A stretch of 31,453 bases of DNA from Patescibacteria group bacterium (GCA_049324215.1 JBMOLC010000040.1:1-31453); one strand, 5' to 3'; positions 7,512-16,475 are shown, counted from the first letter of the stretch. Numbers and translations are program-made. The notes: a model not told the origin generated them from the letters alone.

Positions 7512-9233
7512 TTATTTCACTGTTTCGTATTTTAGCTTTAAGGGTTGGTTTTTCATTATGGTGTTATAGACAAAACTGACCTGAGAACTTTGATCATATT
7601 TATAGGCTTGTCTAATTGCGATCTTGGCATTTTCGATATTGTTATCGCTATACTCAAGAATGGCTAAAAAGAGCCAGAGTCGTGAACTCTGAGGAAACTT
7701 CTGAAGAGCAGATTTTATAAAATTTATATTCTCCTCTGCTTCCCCATAAACAAGCGACAGGCCAGCTAAATTCTCATATACCAAATAGTAGTCTCCAAAT
7801 TGCAAAGCCTTAAGATAAGACTCTTTTGCCTTTTGGTAGTCGCCCATGTCTAAAAATATTATTCCTAAATTTATATAATTAGTTACATAAGGATAAAGCT
7901 CAATTGATTTTTCAGCATAAATCTTCGCCTCTTGAAAATTGCCACTATCTATAAGCACTTTTGCAATTAGATTCTCTAAGGCAAAAGACTCCGGAGAAAC
8001 TTTTATATCATGAGTTGCTAATGAAAATTCATTCCTCCAGTCAAAACTTCTAATAAATGTTCTAGTTGAAAACAAAAGTATGATTGCTATAAATACCACC
8101 AGTAGGCGCTCTCTTTTAATTTTTGAAGGAAGCATTTCCAAAAAAACTCCTATCATTCCAAGTAAGCCGACTATAGGAAAGTAGAACCATCTTTCAGCTA
8201 CTGTCGCATCTAAAGGTATAATTTGCAGGTGGAGAAGTAGGCCTGAAATAAACCACACACAAAAGAATAAATAGGATTTAAAGTATTTCTCTTCTGATCT
8301 CTTAAATAGAATGTGGGCAAAAAAAACTAGCACTATTGTGATCAAAATAAGTATTGTGAGGGGAAGGAAAAACTGGTTAAAATTAACCTGTTTAATAACC
8401 CAATGATACGATGAAGCAAGGTTCAGTGGAAAAACAAATGTCTTCAAATAGAAAAAAATCATTGCGGGCATGTTTAGAATTCTCCCCATTAAATTGATGG
8501 ATGTTATGGGGGCATTAAGGGGATTTGTTGAAATACCGACGGCATTTATTCGTAGCAACGAGTAAAGTATCACTCCCGATATTGAGAGACCAAGAACCGG
8601 CAAAAAATATTTCCTAATAAAAATAAAGGCGTACGTAATAGACATCAACAAAAAAAGGATTCCTGTTTCCTTAGAGAGTAAAGACAAGAACATTAATAAG
8701 CCCGCAAAACCCAATTGACCGAAAGATCTAAATCTTGAAAGAAGCACCATCGCTGTGATACCAAAAAAGAAAAATAAAACCTCTTGGGTTGAAGAGATAT
8801 TAAAAACCGCTTCGCTGTTAATCGGATGAACTAGAAAGATGAGCGATATAAATAAAGAGGTGGAGGAACTAAAAAATCTCTTGTATAACAAAAAAAGAAT
8901 ACAGGTGTTGAGAATATGAAGAATAACCTGAACCAGATGAAAAAAGAAAGGGTTAGGACCAAAAAGGGTATAAATAAAAGAAAAAAGTGTATTTAGAAGG
9001 GGCTTATAATAAACTCCTCCTTGTTGAGCTCCATAGTTAAAAAACGTGCTTCCCCCAAAAAAGGTTGAAATATTTTTAATCGAATGGACGAAAATGTTGT
9101 CTACTATTTGCGAATTATCATCCCCGACAAAATTATTGAAAAGACCATTAAAAAAAACTATTGTTCCAAGAATGATAATAATAAAGATTGCCTTTTTTGA
9201 GGTCAGGTAGGCAGGAAGGTTCTTAATAGGCAT
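7512..9233 (-). CDS. TMTC-like GT-C membrane glycosyltransferase with C-terminal TPRs (copy 2)
   Basis: GDD..QIVDN, YYKPL, HPINSEAV, SKET, ERWFYFP motifs and TPRs (NYINLGII, VYENLAG). Start at ATG 9233 gives 573 aa, matching the 572-aa paralogue. Confidence 0.8.
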   Translation of the reverse strand: MPIKNLPAYLTSKKAIFIIIILGTIVFFNGLFNNFVGDDNSQIVDNIFVHSIKNISTFFGGSTFFNYGAQQGGVYYKPLLNTLFSFIYTLFGPNPFFFHLVQVILHILNTCILFLLYKRFFSSSTSLFISLIFLVHPINSEAVFNISSTQEVLFFFFGITAMVLLSRFRSFGQLGFAGLLMFLSLLSKETGILFLLMSITYAFIFIRKYFLPVLGLSISGVILYSLLRINAVGISTNPLNAPITSINLMGRILNMPAMIFFYLKTFVFPLNLASSYHWVIKQVNFNQFFLPLTILILITIVLVFFAHILFKRSEEKYFKSYLFFCVWFISGLLLHLQIIPLDATVAERWFYFPIVGLLGMIGVFLEMLPSKIKRERLLVVFIAIILLFSTRTFIRSFDWRNEFSLATHDIKVSPESFALENLIAKVLIDSGNFQEAKIYAEKSIELYPYVTNYINLGIIFLDMGDYQKAKESYLKALQFGDYYLVYENLAGLSLVYGEAEENINFIKSALQKFPQSSRLWLFLAILEYSDNNIENAKIAIRQAYKYDQSSQVSFVYNTIMKNQPLKLKYETVK

Positions 9234-9246
9234 AACACTACCGATT

Positions 9247-9255
9247 ATTATACCA
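9247..9255 (-). promoter_or_regulatory. Extended -10 promoter of GT-C copy 2
   Basis: TGgTATAAT, 13 nt before ATG 9233; divergent from the guaB promoter. Confidence 0.6.
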
Positions 9256-9275
9256 AGGTAAACCAAGAGATGTAG

Positions 9276-9304
9276 TTGACAAAAGTTTTCACAACGGCTA
9301 GAGT
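9276..9304 (+). promoter_or_regulatory. sigma70 promoter of the IMPDH/GMPR gene
   Basis: TTGACA (9276-9281), 17 nt, TAGAGT (9299-9304). Confidence 0.75.
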
Positions 9305-9323
9305 GAAGCGTAATGATTCATGT

Positions 9324-9343
9324 CCTGCCAGTAGGCGGGCGGG
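9324..9343. repeat. Degenerate copy of the 20-bp palindromic element
   Basis: CCTGCCAGTAGGCGGGCGGG matches CCTGCCTGCCGGCAGGCAGG (14929..14948) at 15 of 20 positions without gaps. Confidence 0.55.
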
Positions 9344-9355
9344 CATTACCTCTGA

Positions 9356-10435
9356 ATGAATCAGAAAATTGAAGTTGGTCTCTCCTACGACGACGTTTTA
9401 TTAGTACCTGGCTACTCCGAGGTAGACTCCCGCCAAGACGTAAACCTGACAACCTATTTAACTCCTCGACTTACCTTGAAACTCCCGCTTATTAGCGCCA
9501 ATATGACGGATGTTACCGGAGTGGAAATGGCCGTAACTTTGGGCAAGCTGGGTGCTCTCGGTGTCCTTCCTCGCTTTATGTCTGCCGAAGATGAAGCCGA
9601 TATGGTTGCCAAGGTTAAAAAGGAAGGAGTGATAGTCGCCGCCGCGGTGGGCTTAAGAAACGGAATGTTTGCAAGGGCAGAAAACCTGGTAAAGGCAGGG
9701 GCGGAAATTCTTTTTCTGGATGTTGCTCACGGTCACATGCGACAAGCCATCGAAGCCACGAGAAATTTAAGACAAAAGTTTGGGAAATTTGTGGACATCG
9801 TTTCCGGAAATGTTGCTACTTACGAGGGCGCGAGTGACCTTTTTAAGGCGGGAGCTGACTGCGTTAAGGTCGGAGTTGGGCCCGGCTCTATTTGCATTAC
9901 CAGAATCGAAACAGGATTTGGTGTGCCCCAACTTACGGCAGTTATGGAGGGCGTAAAAGCCGCAAGGCGCCATAAAAAAACAATTATCGCGGACGGGGGT
10001 ACCAAAAATTCCGGCGATGTGGTCAAGGCACTGGCAGCCGGCGCTGCCGCCGTCATGGCAGGCAGTCAGTTTGCCGGGACGGAGGAAGCGCCAGGACAAA
10101 AGGTAGAAATCAAGGGAAAAGTCTATAAGAAATATTACGCTTCTACGTCTTTCTTGGAAAAGAAAAACCACTTAAAGAAAAATGGAGAAGAGCTTCCTGA
10201 AAATTATGTCAAACACATCGAAGGGGTAGAAAGCGTGACCCCTTACAAGGGCGCGGTAAAGGAAGTAATCGAACGGATGGCGGCCAATATCCGTTCTGGC
10301 TTTTCTTACTGCGGCGCTCACAATATCCAAGAACTTTGGGAAAAGGCGAGGTTTATTAGAATCACGCCCCAAGGTCTAAAAGAAAGTGGTGCCCACGATG
10401 TTTTCGTCAAAGAAGACGGCTGGCACAAAAAATAA
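9356..10435 (+). CDS. guaB: IMP dehydrogenase / GMP reductase family protein, no CBS domains
   Basis: [21 protein letters not shown], catalytic [27 protein letters not shown] versus GMPR activity not resolvable here. Confidence 0.85.
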   Translation: MNQKIEVGLSYDDVLLVPGYSEVDSRQDVNLTTYLTPRLTLKLPLISANMTDVTGVEMAVTLGKLGALGVLPRFMSAEDEADMVAKVKKEGVIVAAAVGLRNGMFARAENLVKAGAEILFLDVAHGHMRQAIEATRNLRQKFGKFVDIVSGNVATYEGASDLFKAGADCVKVGVGPGSICITRIETGFGVPQLTAVMEGVKAARRHKKTIIADGGTKNSGDVVKALAAGAAAVMAGSQFAGTEEAPGQKVEIKGKVYKKYYASTSFLEKKNHLKKNGEELPENYVKHIEGVESVTPYKGAVKEVIERMAANIRSGFSYCGAHNIQELWEKARFIRITPQGLKESGAHDVFVKEDGWHKK

Positions 10436-10443
10436 AAACTTCA

Positions 10444-10449
10444 TATAAT
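10444..10449 (+). promoter_or_regulatory. -10 box upstream of lepB (leaderless)
   Basis: TATAAT 6 nt before ATG 10456. Confidence 0.55.
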
Positions 10450-10455
10450 AAACTT

Positions 10456-11016
10456 ATGTTGTTAAAGCGTCTCGGCGCGTTTTTTTTGGACATAATCGAG
10501 GTCATCGTCTTTGCGGTTGCCATTTTCCTTTTTGTTTACCTTCTAATTTTACAACCCCACAAAATTAAAGGGGCCTCGATGGACCCCAACTTTCCGGACG
10601 GAGAATACCTCTTGACCGACAAAGTCTCATATCGCTTTGGCGAACCCAAAAGAGGCGACGTGATTGTTTTTAAAGCCCCCACCAACGACGGAGAAGAATT
10701 TATAAAAAGGATAATTGGGCTACCGTCAGAAACGGTCAAACTCGAAAACAGCAAAATCTACATCAACGGGAAGGCTCTGGAGGAGCCTTACATTAAATCC
10801 GGGGTTTTTACCTCTGGAGGCAGTTTTTTGGCCGAGGGCAAGAGCGTAACCGTTCCGGAAGATGAATACCTGGTTCTGGGGGATAACCGTCCCCATTCGT
10901 CGGACTCCCGGGCCTGGGGTTTTGTCCCCAAAAAGAAAATAACTGGTCGGGCTTGGCTTATCTATTGGCCCCCCAAAAAGGCCGGCCTAGTTGCCAAAGC
11001 CAAATATAACCTCTAA
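10456..11016 (+). CDS. lepB: Signal peptidase I
   Basis: N-terminal TM helix, catalytic GASMDPN (Ser) and FIKRIIG (Lys), GDNR..S.DSR.WG box. Confidence 0.96.
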   Translation: MLLKRLGAFFLDIIEVIVFAVAIFLFVYLLILQPHKIKGASMDPNFPDGEYLLTDKVSYRFGEPKRGDVIVFKAPTNDGEEFIKRIIGLPSETVKLENSKIYINGKALEEPYIKSGVFTSGGSFLAEGKSVTVPEDEYLVLGDNRPHSSDSRAWGFVPKKKITGRAWLIYWPPKKAGLVAKAKYNL

Positions 11017-11017
11017 T

Positions 11018-11863
11018 TTATGCAGTGACGGCCTTATATACTTTCTGGAGTCTATCTTCGGTCTCTTCTAAGCCGCCTTTAAAAATCAGGGTAACTCGCG
11101 TTTCGCGTCTGGAGCGCACCAGCTTGACCTGGGTCTTACGGGTGTCGTCGTTGATGCCGACATTTAAGGTGTCCTCCATTTCTTTCTGCATGCGATCAAG
11201 CTCCTCGGATACGACCCTGAGAAGATCTTTCCTCACTCCTCTTTTATCCATCGGCTGCTTGCTCTTGGCCTTCATTCTTCGGGCCAGCTCCTCAGCCCTT
11301 CTCACCGAACCGCTTTCTCTCAGGATTATTTTGTAGGCTTCGACCATCAGGGACTGGTCGTCAATCGCTGCCAGCGCCCGGGCGTGCCCCTCGGAAATAA
11401 GCCCCGATAAAAGTCCATCTTTGAGGGCGTCCGGTAAAGAAAGGAGGCGGATTGAATTTGAGACGTAGGCCACGGATTTACCAATTCTGACCGCAATCTC
11501 GCTGGTCGTTAAACCAAACTCATTCATTAAGCGTTCAAAGCCCTTGGCCCTATCAAGTGGATTTAGGTCAACCCTTTGCACATTCTCTACAAGGGCCATC
11601 TCGAGCATCCCTTTGGGAGAGGTTTCTCTAATAATTGCGGGGATATGCGTCATGCCGGCAAGTTTTGCCGCCCTCCAGCGACGCTCTCCAGCGATTATCT
11701 GGAAACCCGCAGGCGTCTTGGCAATAACCAAAGGCTCAAGTACCCCGTGTTCTCTGATTGAGTCCACTAGGTCGACCAAGCTCTCGGGGGTGATTGCACC
11801 CCGCGGTTGAAGGGGGTTGGGTTGGAGCTCGTTGATCGCAATTTGGACAACTTCTTCTGCCAT
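11018..11863 (-). CDS. parB: ParB/Spo0J chromosome partitioning protein
   Basis: PNPLQPR, GVLEPL, IIAGERRWRAA, ALVENVQR.DLNP, HTH region, ISEGHARAL. No parA next to it. Confidence 0.95.
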   Translation of the reverse strand: MAEEVVQIAINELQPNPLQPRGAITPESLVDLVDSIREHGVLEPLVIAKTPAGFQIIAGERRWRAAKLAGMTHIPAIIRETSPKGMLEMALVENVQRVDLNPLDRAKGFERLMNEFGLTTSEIAVRIGKSVAYVSNSIRLLSLPDALKDGLLSGLISEGHARALAAIDDQSLMVEAYKIILRESGSVRRAEELARRMKAKSKQPMDKRGVRKDLLRVVSEELDRMQKEMEDTLNVGINDDTRKTQVKLVRSRRETRVTLIFKGGLEETEDRLQKVYKAVTA

Positions 11864-11864
11864 C

Positions 11865-12116
11865 TTATTTGGAAACCACTGAAACGTATTTCTTGCCTAA
11901 TTTCTGGCCAAATTTAACTAATCCGCCAGTAGCGGCATACAGCGTGTGGTCGCGGCCGATTTTCACACCATTTCCGCCTTTAATCTTGGTTCCCCGCTGG
12001 CGAACCAAAATCATCCCAGCTGAAACTTTTGCCCCTGCTGAGACTTTGACACCCAACCTTTTTCCTGAAGGTCTGACGTGTTGGGCTGTTTTTCCGCCTG
12101 CTTTTTTCTTTGCCAT
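11865..12116 (-). CDS. rpmA: 50S ribosomal protein L27
   Basis: KKAGG, KRLGVK, ILVRQRGTK, GRDHTLYA. Confidence 0.97.
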   Translation of the reverse strand: MAKKKAGGKTAQHVRPSGKRLGVKVSAGAKVSAGMILVRQRGTKIKGGNGVKIGRDHTLYAATGGLVKFGQKLGKKYVSVVSK

Positions 12117-12127
12117 AACGCTAAGGC

Positions 12128-12156
12128 ACTATAGATTATATTTTCACAGCTGTCAA
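12128..12156 (-). promoter_or_regulatory. sigma70 promoter of rpmA-parB
   Basis: TTGACA (12156-12151), 17 nt, TATAGT (12133-12128), 11 nt, ATG 12116. Confidence 0.75.
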
Positions 12157-12190
12157 GAGATTAGAAGGTTATAGTCTGATATCCTTTTAT

Positions 12191-12499
12191 TTACTTGAGG
12201 GAAATTTTCTCGACCAGAAGCCTGCTAAAGTAAGGTCTAAAACCCTTCTTCTTTCGATATCTTGACTTGGCTTTGTACCTCACTACGTCTATCTTTTCCC
12301 CTTTTTCCTCTTGCCTAATAACTTTCAAGCCGATGGCTACGTCCGCAAGTTTTGGTTTACCAATTTTTATTTTGTCGCCATCAACGGCTAATAAAACTTC
12401 GGGTTCTAATTTCTTGGAGTTCAACTTTTCTACCAAAAATTCCTCTTTTTCGGAAACCTTGTATTGGCGACCATTGATCCTAACGACTGCGTATTTCAT
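12191..12499 (-). CDS. rplU: 50S ribosomal protein L21
   Basis: MKYAVV...GRQYKV, KGEKIDVVRYKAKSRYRKKKGFR; upstream of rpmA. Confidence 0.96.
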   Translation of the reverse strand: MKYAVVRINGRQYKVSEKEEFLVEKLNSKKLEPEVLLAVDGDKIKIGKPKLADVAIGLKVIRQEEKGEKIDVVRYKAKSRYRKKKGFRPYFSRLLVEKISLK

Positions 12500-12511
12500 G
12501 ACGGAGCTATT

Positions 12512-13564
12512 CTAACTTTTTCGGGCACCGATTGCAATTGCCAGACCAATGAAAGTTGCCAGTAAGGAAGAGCCCCCTGTCGAAACTAAAGGAAAGGGGA
12601 CTCCGCTAATGGGGGCAAGTCCCAAGTTCATACCAACGTGGACAAATATTTGCACCAGAAGGGTTAGGCTAAATCCGGAAAGATAAGCTCTAGCAGCGGG
12701 GGAAGTTGCTTTCTCCATAAAAGACGTGAGCCTGAAAAGAAGAAAAAAACTCATCAAGAGTAAAAGTCCGGCTCCCACAAATCCCAACTCTTCCGCAATT
12801 GAGGCAAAAATAAAGTCGGTATGTCTTTCCGGTAAAAATGCTAGTTGTGTTTGCACCCCTCTCCCCAATCCCCTACCCAAAAGTTTTCCGCTCCCGACCG
12901 AAATCATCGACTGGATTGCATTGTAGCCAGCGCCATACGGGTCCTTGCTCGGATTTAAAAATGAAAGAATCCTTGTCTTCTGGTAAGGCGCTAGAATCTG
13001 CCAGATAAGGGGCAGAAGTACGGCCCCCACCAGTACTCCGTACAAAAAAAGCTTTTTTCTGATGTTAACCGCAAGCAGAACGCCGATAAATCCTACTAGG
13101 GTAAGAACCGCAACCCCCAAAGAAGGCTGAATAAGGATCAGAATAAAGGGAATGGTTAGAAGTCCGATGGCATTAAAAAACCTTTTGAGGGTAATTTCTT
13201 TGGCGGTTAAATACCAGGCAAAGAAAACCAGTAAAAAGGGTCTGACTATCTCTGCCGGTTGGATGGTCAGGGCACCCAAAGGAATCCATCTGATGGCACC
13301 TCTTGTTACCTGCCCGATAAGAAGAGGAATAATAAGAAAAATTATGCTCCCGATATAGAAAAACTTGGAAAAAAGAGAAATGACTTCAAAATCGGTTTGA
13401 ATTAGAAAGAAAAAAACGACTATTGCCAAGAAAAGATACAAAAAATAAACAGGAAATAATGAGGGTGCAATCGAGCGCAGTGTAATTATCCCCAGAAGAA
13501 CTAAAAATGCCATTCCAAAAACCAAGGGTAAGTCAAAGGCAGGGGGTCTGTAGAGTTTTTGCAT
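12512..13564 (-). CDS. rodA: SEDS family rod shape-determining protein RodA
   Basis: GAIRWI, IQPAE, QPSLG, GAGYNAIQS.I.VGSG, LPERHTDFIF, P.SGVPFPLVSTGGSS. Confidence 0.9.
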   Translation of the reverse strand: MQKLYRPPAFDLPLVFGMAFLVLLGIITLRSIAPSLFPVYFLYLFLAIVVFFFLIQTDFEVISLFSKFFYIGSIIFLIIPLLIGQVTRGAIRWIPLGALTIQPAEIVRPFLLVFFAWYLTAKEITLKRFFNAIGLLTIPFILILIQPSLGVAVLTLVGFIGVLLAVNIRKKLFLYGVLVGAVLLPLIWQILAPYQKTRILSFLNPSKDPYGAGYNAIQSMISVGSGKLLGRGLGRGVQTQLAFLPERHTDFIFASIAEELGFVGAGLLLLMSFFLLFRLTSFMEKATSPAARAYLSGFSLTLLVQIFVHVGMNLGLAPISGVPFPLVSTGGSSLLATFIGLAIAIGARKS

Positions 13565-16465
13565 CTAAGAAGGAGCTACCTTAAACTCCCCAAGAGAAAT
13601 TTTTTCAGCCACGGTTTTTGCTTTAACTCGAGAAAGAAGTTTTTTGTCGGAAGGTAGCCAGGGAGAAGAAACAGAAATCTTCTGACTAAGCGTCATCCCC
13701 AATTTTCTTCTTTCCTCCTGGATTTGTCTAATTAATTCCCGGACCCTGGCTTCTTCTTCTAGTTTAGGTGTAATTTTAAAATCAAATTCTTCCTTTTTGC
13801 CTCCCCAGACAACTTTCTTAACGTTTATTTCGTCCTGCAAAAGCTCTTCAATTCCGGACGAAAGTTTTTCTTCCTTGGTGGTAAAGGCGGCAAGGGGGGT
13901 TCTTACCGGAACTTTCTTTTCTTTCCTTATGGCATGGGCCCTCTCAACTATTCTTCTAACAGCCTCTATATCACTTTTTAGTTTTTCGTCTACTTCCCCC
14001 GCCTTCGGCCAGTCGCTTAAATGAACAGACTCTTCTTTGGTTAGGTTCGTGTAAATGATTTCAGCTAAGAAGGGTGTAAAGGGAGCCAGCAACTTGCAAA
14101 GAGTAGATAGCACATGGTTCATGGTTTCATAAAAAGCACTTTTGTCCTTCTCGCTTTCGGCTGCAGGGCCAACCCTGTCTCGGGAGCGCCGGATATACCA
14201 GAGGGATAAATCGTCAACAAATGTTTCAATTTCGCTGCTGGCATTATATGCGTCGTAATCCTTCAAAGATTCCTCTACGCTTTTTATTGTTTGGTTGAGC
14301 CTACTGACTATCCACTTATCAAGGATGTCTAAAGAGTTCTTAGTATTTCTCCCCGGTTTCCAACCGTCAATATTGGCATAGGAAACAAAAAAGTTATAGA
14401 CATTCCAGAGTTTGAGGTGAAACCTTCTTCTGGTTTCGTCTGCGAGGTGATATCCAAAAAGCAGGTTTTCGGAGGGGTTTTGCCGGGCGTACATCCAGCG
14501 CATGACGTCAACCCCGATTTTGTCCGCTCCCTCGTTAAACTCGATGGCATTCCCCCAGGACTTGTGCATGGGCCTACCGTCCTCACCCAGGAGTGTTGCA
14601 AACCCGAGTACCGTCTTAAAAGGTTCTCTATTCTCAAGAACTGTACTCATGGCGAGAAGGGAATAAAACCAGTTTTTGAATTGCCCCGGGAAACTCTCGG
14701 TAATAAAATCTGCCGGATACCACTTCTCAAATTCGGCCCGATCGGTTAAGTATAAGGGCGCGCTTTTGTTGTCCGAAGAAATCGTTGAAAAAGAAACTAT
14801 GCCCGCATCTAGCCAGGGATTGCCCACATCGGGAATTCTCTTCATAACCTGCCCACACTTAGAACATTTGATTTTAATCTCATCAATCCAGGGTCGATGG
14901 GGAGAGTTTCCCTCAAACTTCTCCCAACCCTGCCTGCCGGCAGGCAGGCTCAAAGCTTTTTCTTTGAGTTCTTCTTTTCCGCCGATTACCTCAAAGTGTC
15001 CGCACTCTTTACATTCCCAAATAGGAAGAGCTAGTCCCCAGTACCTTTTCTTTGAGATTAACCAGTCGTGCATGTTGGCAAGCCAATCAAGTTCACGCTT
15101 TAAGCCAAACTTGGGGATCCAGTTAATCTTCCTGGCTACCTTCTTAAGAGGTTCCCTTAAAGGGTCCATGGCGATGTACCACTCGTCGACCACCCTCCAA
15201 ACAAGTTCTGTTTTACAACGCCAACAAGCCGGATAGCGGTGGGTATAGGGGGTTATGTCGAAAAAATATTTTCCACCGTCTTTATTTTTCAAAAAATTAA
15301 CGATAATCTCGGGATGTTCTTTGGCATTTTTGCCCGAAAATTCACCCAAATCCGAAATATAAGTCGCTTCCTCGTCAATGAGTTCAATTACGGGTAAGTT
15401 TAGTTTTTTACCTAACTGAAAGTCTTCGGTTCCTGCTCCCGGGGCAACGTGCACTAGGCCCGTCCCCTCCTCTTCTGAAACCGGTAAAATCTTCTCATCT
15501 GTGGCAACCACTACGTGTTCGTATTTACCAAGAGAACTTTTAACCCTGGGAAGAAAATCAAAGGCAGATGTATATTTAAGTCCTACCAATTCTTCACCCT
15601 TAATCTTCTTTTCGATTTTGAGATTCAGTCTTTTGGCTGCATACTCATTTAAGTAATAAATATTCCCTTTAACCTCACCCCTAGCGGCAACATAATCTCT
15701 GTCGGCGGCAATTGCCACGGCAACGTTCCCGGGAAGGGTCCAGGGGGTGGTAGTCCAAACCAGAAGATATGCGTTTTTCCTGCCAACAATTGGGTACTCA
15801 ACATAAACAGAATCGTGGGTTGCCTCTTTATAGTCCTCGGTCAGCATCTCGTGCTGGGAAATGGCTGTACCGCAGCGGGGACACCAGGGGACTGAGTCGC
15901 GTCCTTTATAAATAAGTCCCTTTTCGTGGCATTTTTTGAGAAAGTGCCAAATCATGTAGTTATTTTCATCCGATAAGGTGTAATAAGAATTATCCCAATC
16001 CATGAAGTAACCTAGCCTTTTTGATTGTTCGGTTTGAATGGAAGCATACTTCTTGACTCTTTCCTTACAAAGTTCAACAAACTTGGCAATCGAAGCTTTT
16101 TTGTCCCCGGGAACAAGGTTCTCGATGTCTTTTTTACTCTTTAAACCAAGTTCTTTTTCAACTTCAACCTCAACCCAAAGACCCTGACAGTCAAAACCGT
16201 TTTGAAATCTCTGTTGGTAGCCTTGCAGGTTATAAAATCTCTGCCACAAGTCTTTATAGGTTCTTCCCCAGGCATGGTGTACTCCCATGGGATTATTTGC
16301 AGTAATCGGGCCATCAAGAAAAGAAAAGTATTTGGAAGAGTTTCTATTTTTCTGAAGATATTTTTTAACAAGACCGCTCTCGTACCAAGAAGAAAGAAGT
16401 CCTTTTTCTAAAGAAGGAAAATCGGGTTTGGGGTCAACAGAATCAAAAAAAGGCTTTTTAGCCAT
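13565..16465 (-). CDS. ileS: Isoleucine--tRNA ligase, type 2-like
   Basis: FLDGP.TAN, GFDCQGLWVE, LVWTTTPWTLPGN, GTGLVH.APG, DWLISKKRYWG, WYIRRSR; signatures read GVHH and PMHKS. Confidence 0.97.
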   Translation of the reverse strand: MAKKPFFDSVDPKPDFPSLEKGLLSSWYESGLVKKYLQKNRNSSKYFSFLDGPITANNPMGVHHAWGRTYKDLWQRFYNLQGYQQRFQNGFDCQGLWVEVEVEKELGLKSKKDIENLVPGDKKASIAKFVELCKERVKKYASIQTEQSKRLGYFMDWDNSYYTLSDENNYMIWHFLKKCHEKGLIYKGRDSVPWCPRCGTAISQHEMLTEDYKEATHDSVYVEYPIVGRKNAYLLVWTTTPWTLPGNVAVAIAADRDYVAARGEVKGNIYYLNEYAAKRLNLKIEKKIKGEELVGLKYTSAFDFLPRVKSSLGKYEHVVVATDEKILPVSEEEGTGLVHVAPGAGTEDFQLGKKLNLPVIELIDEEATYISDLGEFSGKNAKEHPEIIVNFLKNKDGGKYFFDITPYTHRYPACWRCKTELVWRVVDEWYIAMDPLREPLKKVARKINWIPKFGLKRELDWLANMHDWLISKKRYWGLALPIWECKECGHFEVIGGKEELKEKALSLPAGRQGWEKFEGNSPHRPWIDEIKIKCSKCGQVMKRIPDVGNPWLDAGIVSFSTISSDNKSAPLYLTDRAEFEKWYPADFITESFPGQFKNWFYSLLAMSTVLENREPFKTVLGFATLLGEDGRPMHKSWGNAIEFNEGADKIGVDVMRWMYARQNPSENLLFGYHLADETRRRFHLKLWNVYNFFVSYANIDGWKPGRNTKNSLDILDKWIVSRLNQTIKSVEESLKDYDAYNASSEIETFVDDLSLWYIRRSRDRVGPAAESEKDKSAFYETMNHVLSTLCKLLAPFTPFLAEIIYTNLTKEESVHLSDWPKAGEVDEKLKSDIEAVRRIVERAHAIRKEKKVPVRTPLAAFTTKEEKLSSGIEELLQDEINVKKVVWGGKKEEFDFKITPKLEEEARVRELIRQIQEERRKLGMTLSQKISVSSPWLPSDKKLLSRVKAKTVAEKISLGEFKVAPS
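14929..14948. repeat. Perfect 20-bp palindrome within ileS
   Basis: CCTGCCTGCC-GGCAGGCAGG is its own reverse complement; reads (S)LPAGRQ(G) in the ileS frame. Confidence 0.95.
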
Positions 16466-16475
16466 CCTGAGGTTA

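Noticed and set aside
11018-11863. parS site near parB
   Set aside because: No match to TGTTTCACGTGAAACA noticed by eye; a mismatch-tolerant scan would be needed to exclude degenerate sites.
11944-11954. 11-nt match to the tRNA-Val 3' end (5232..5242) as a possible att site
   Set aside because: It encodes the conserved RDHT motif of L27, the interval holds core genes, and there is no integrase.
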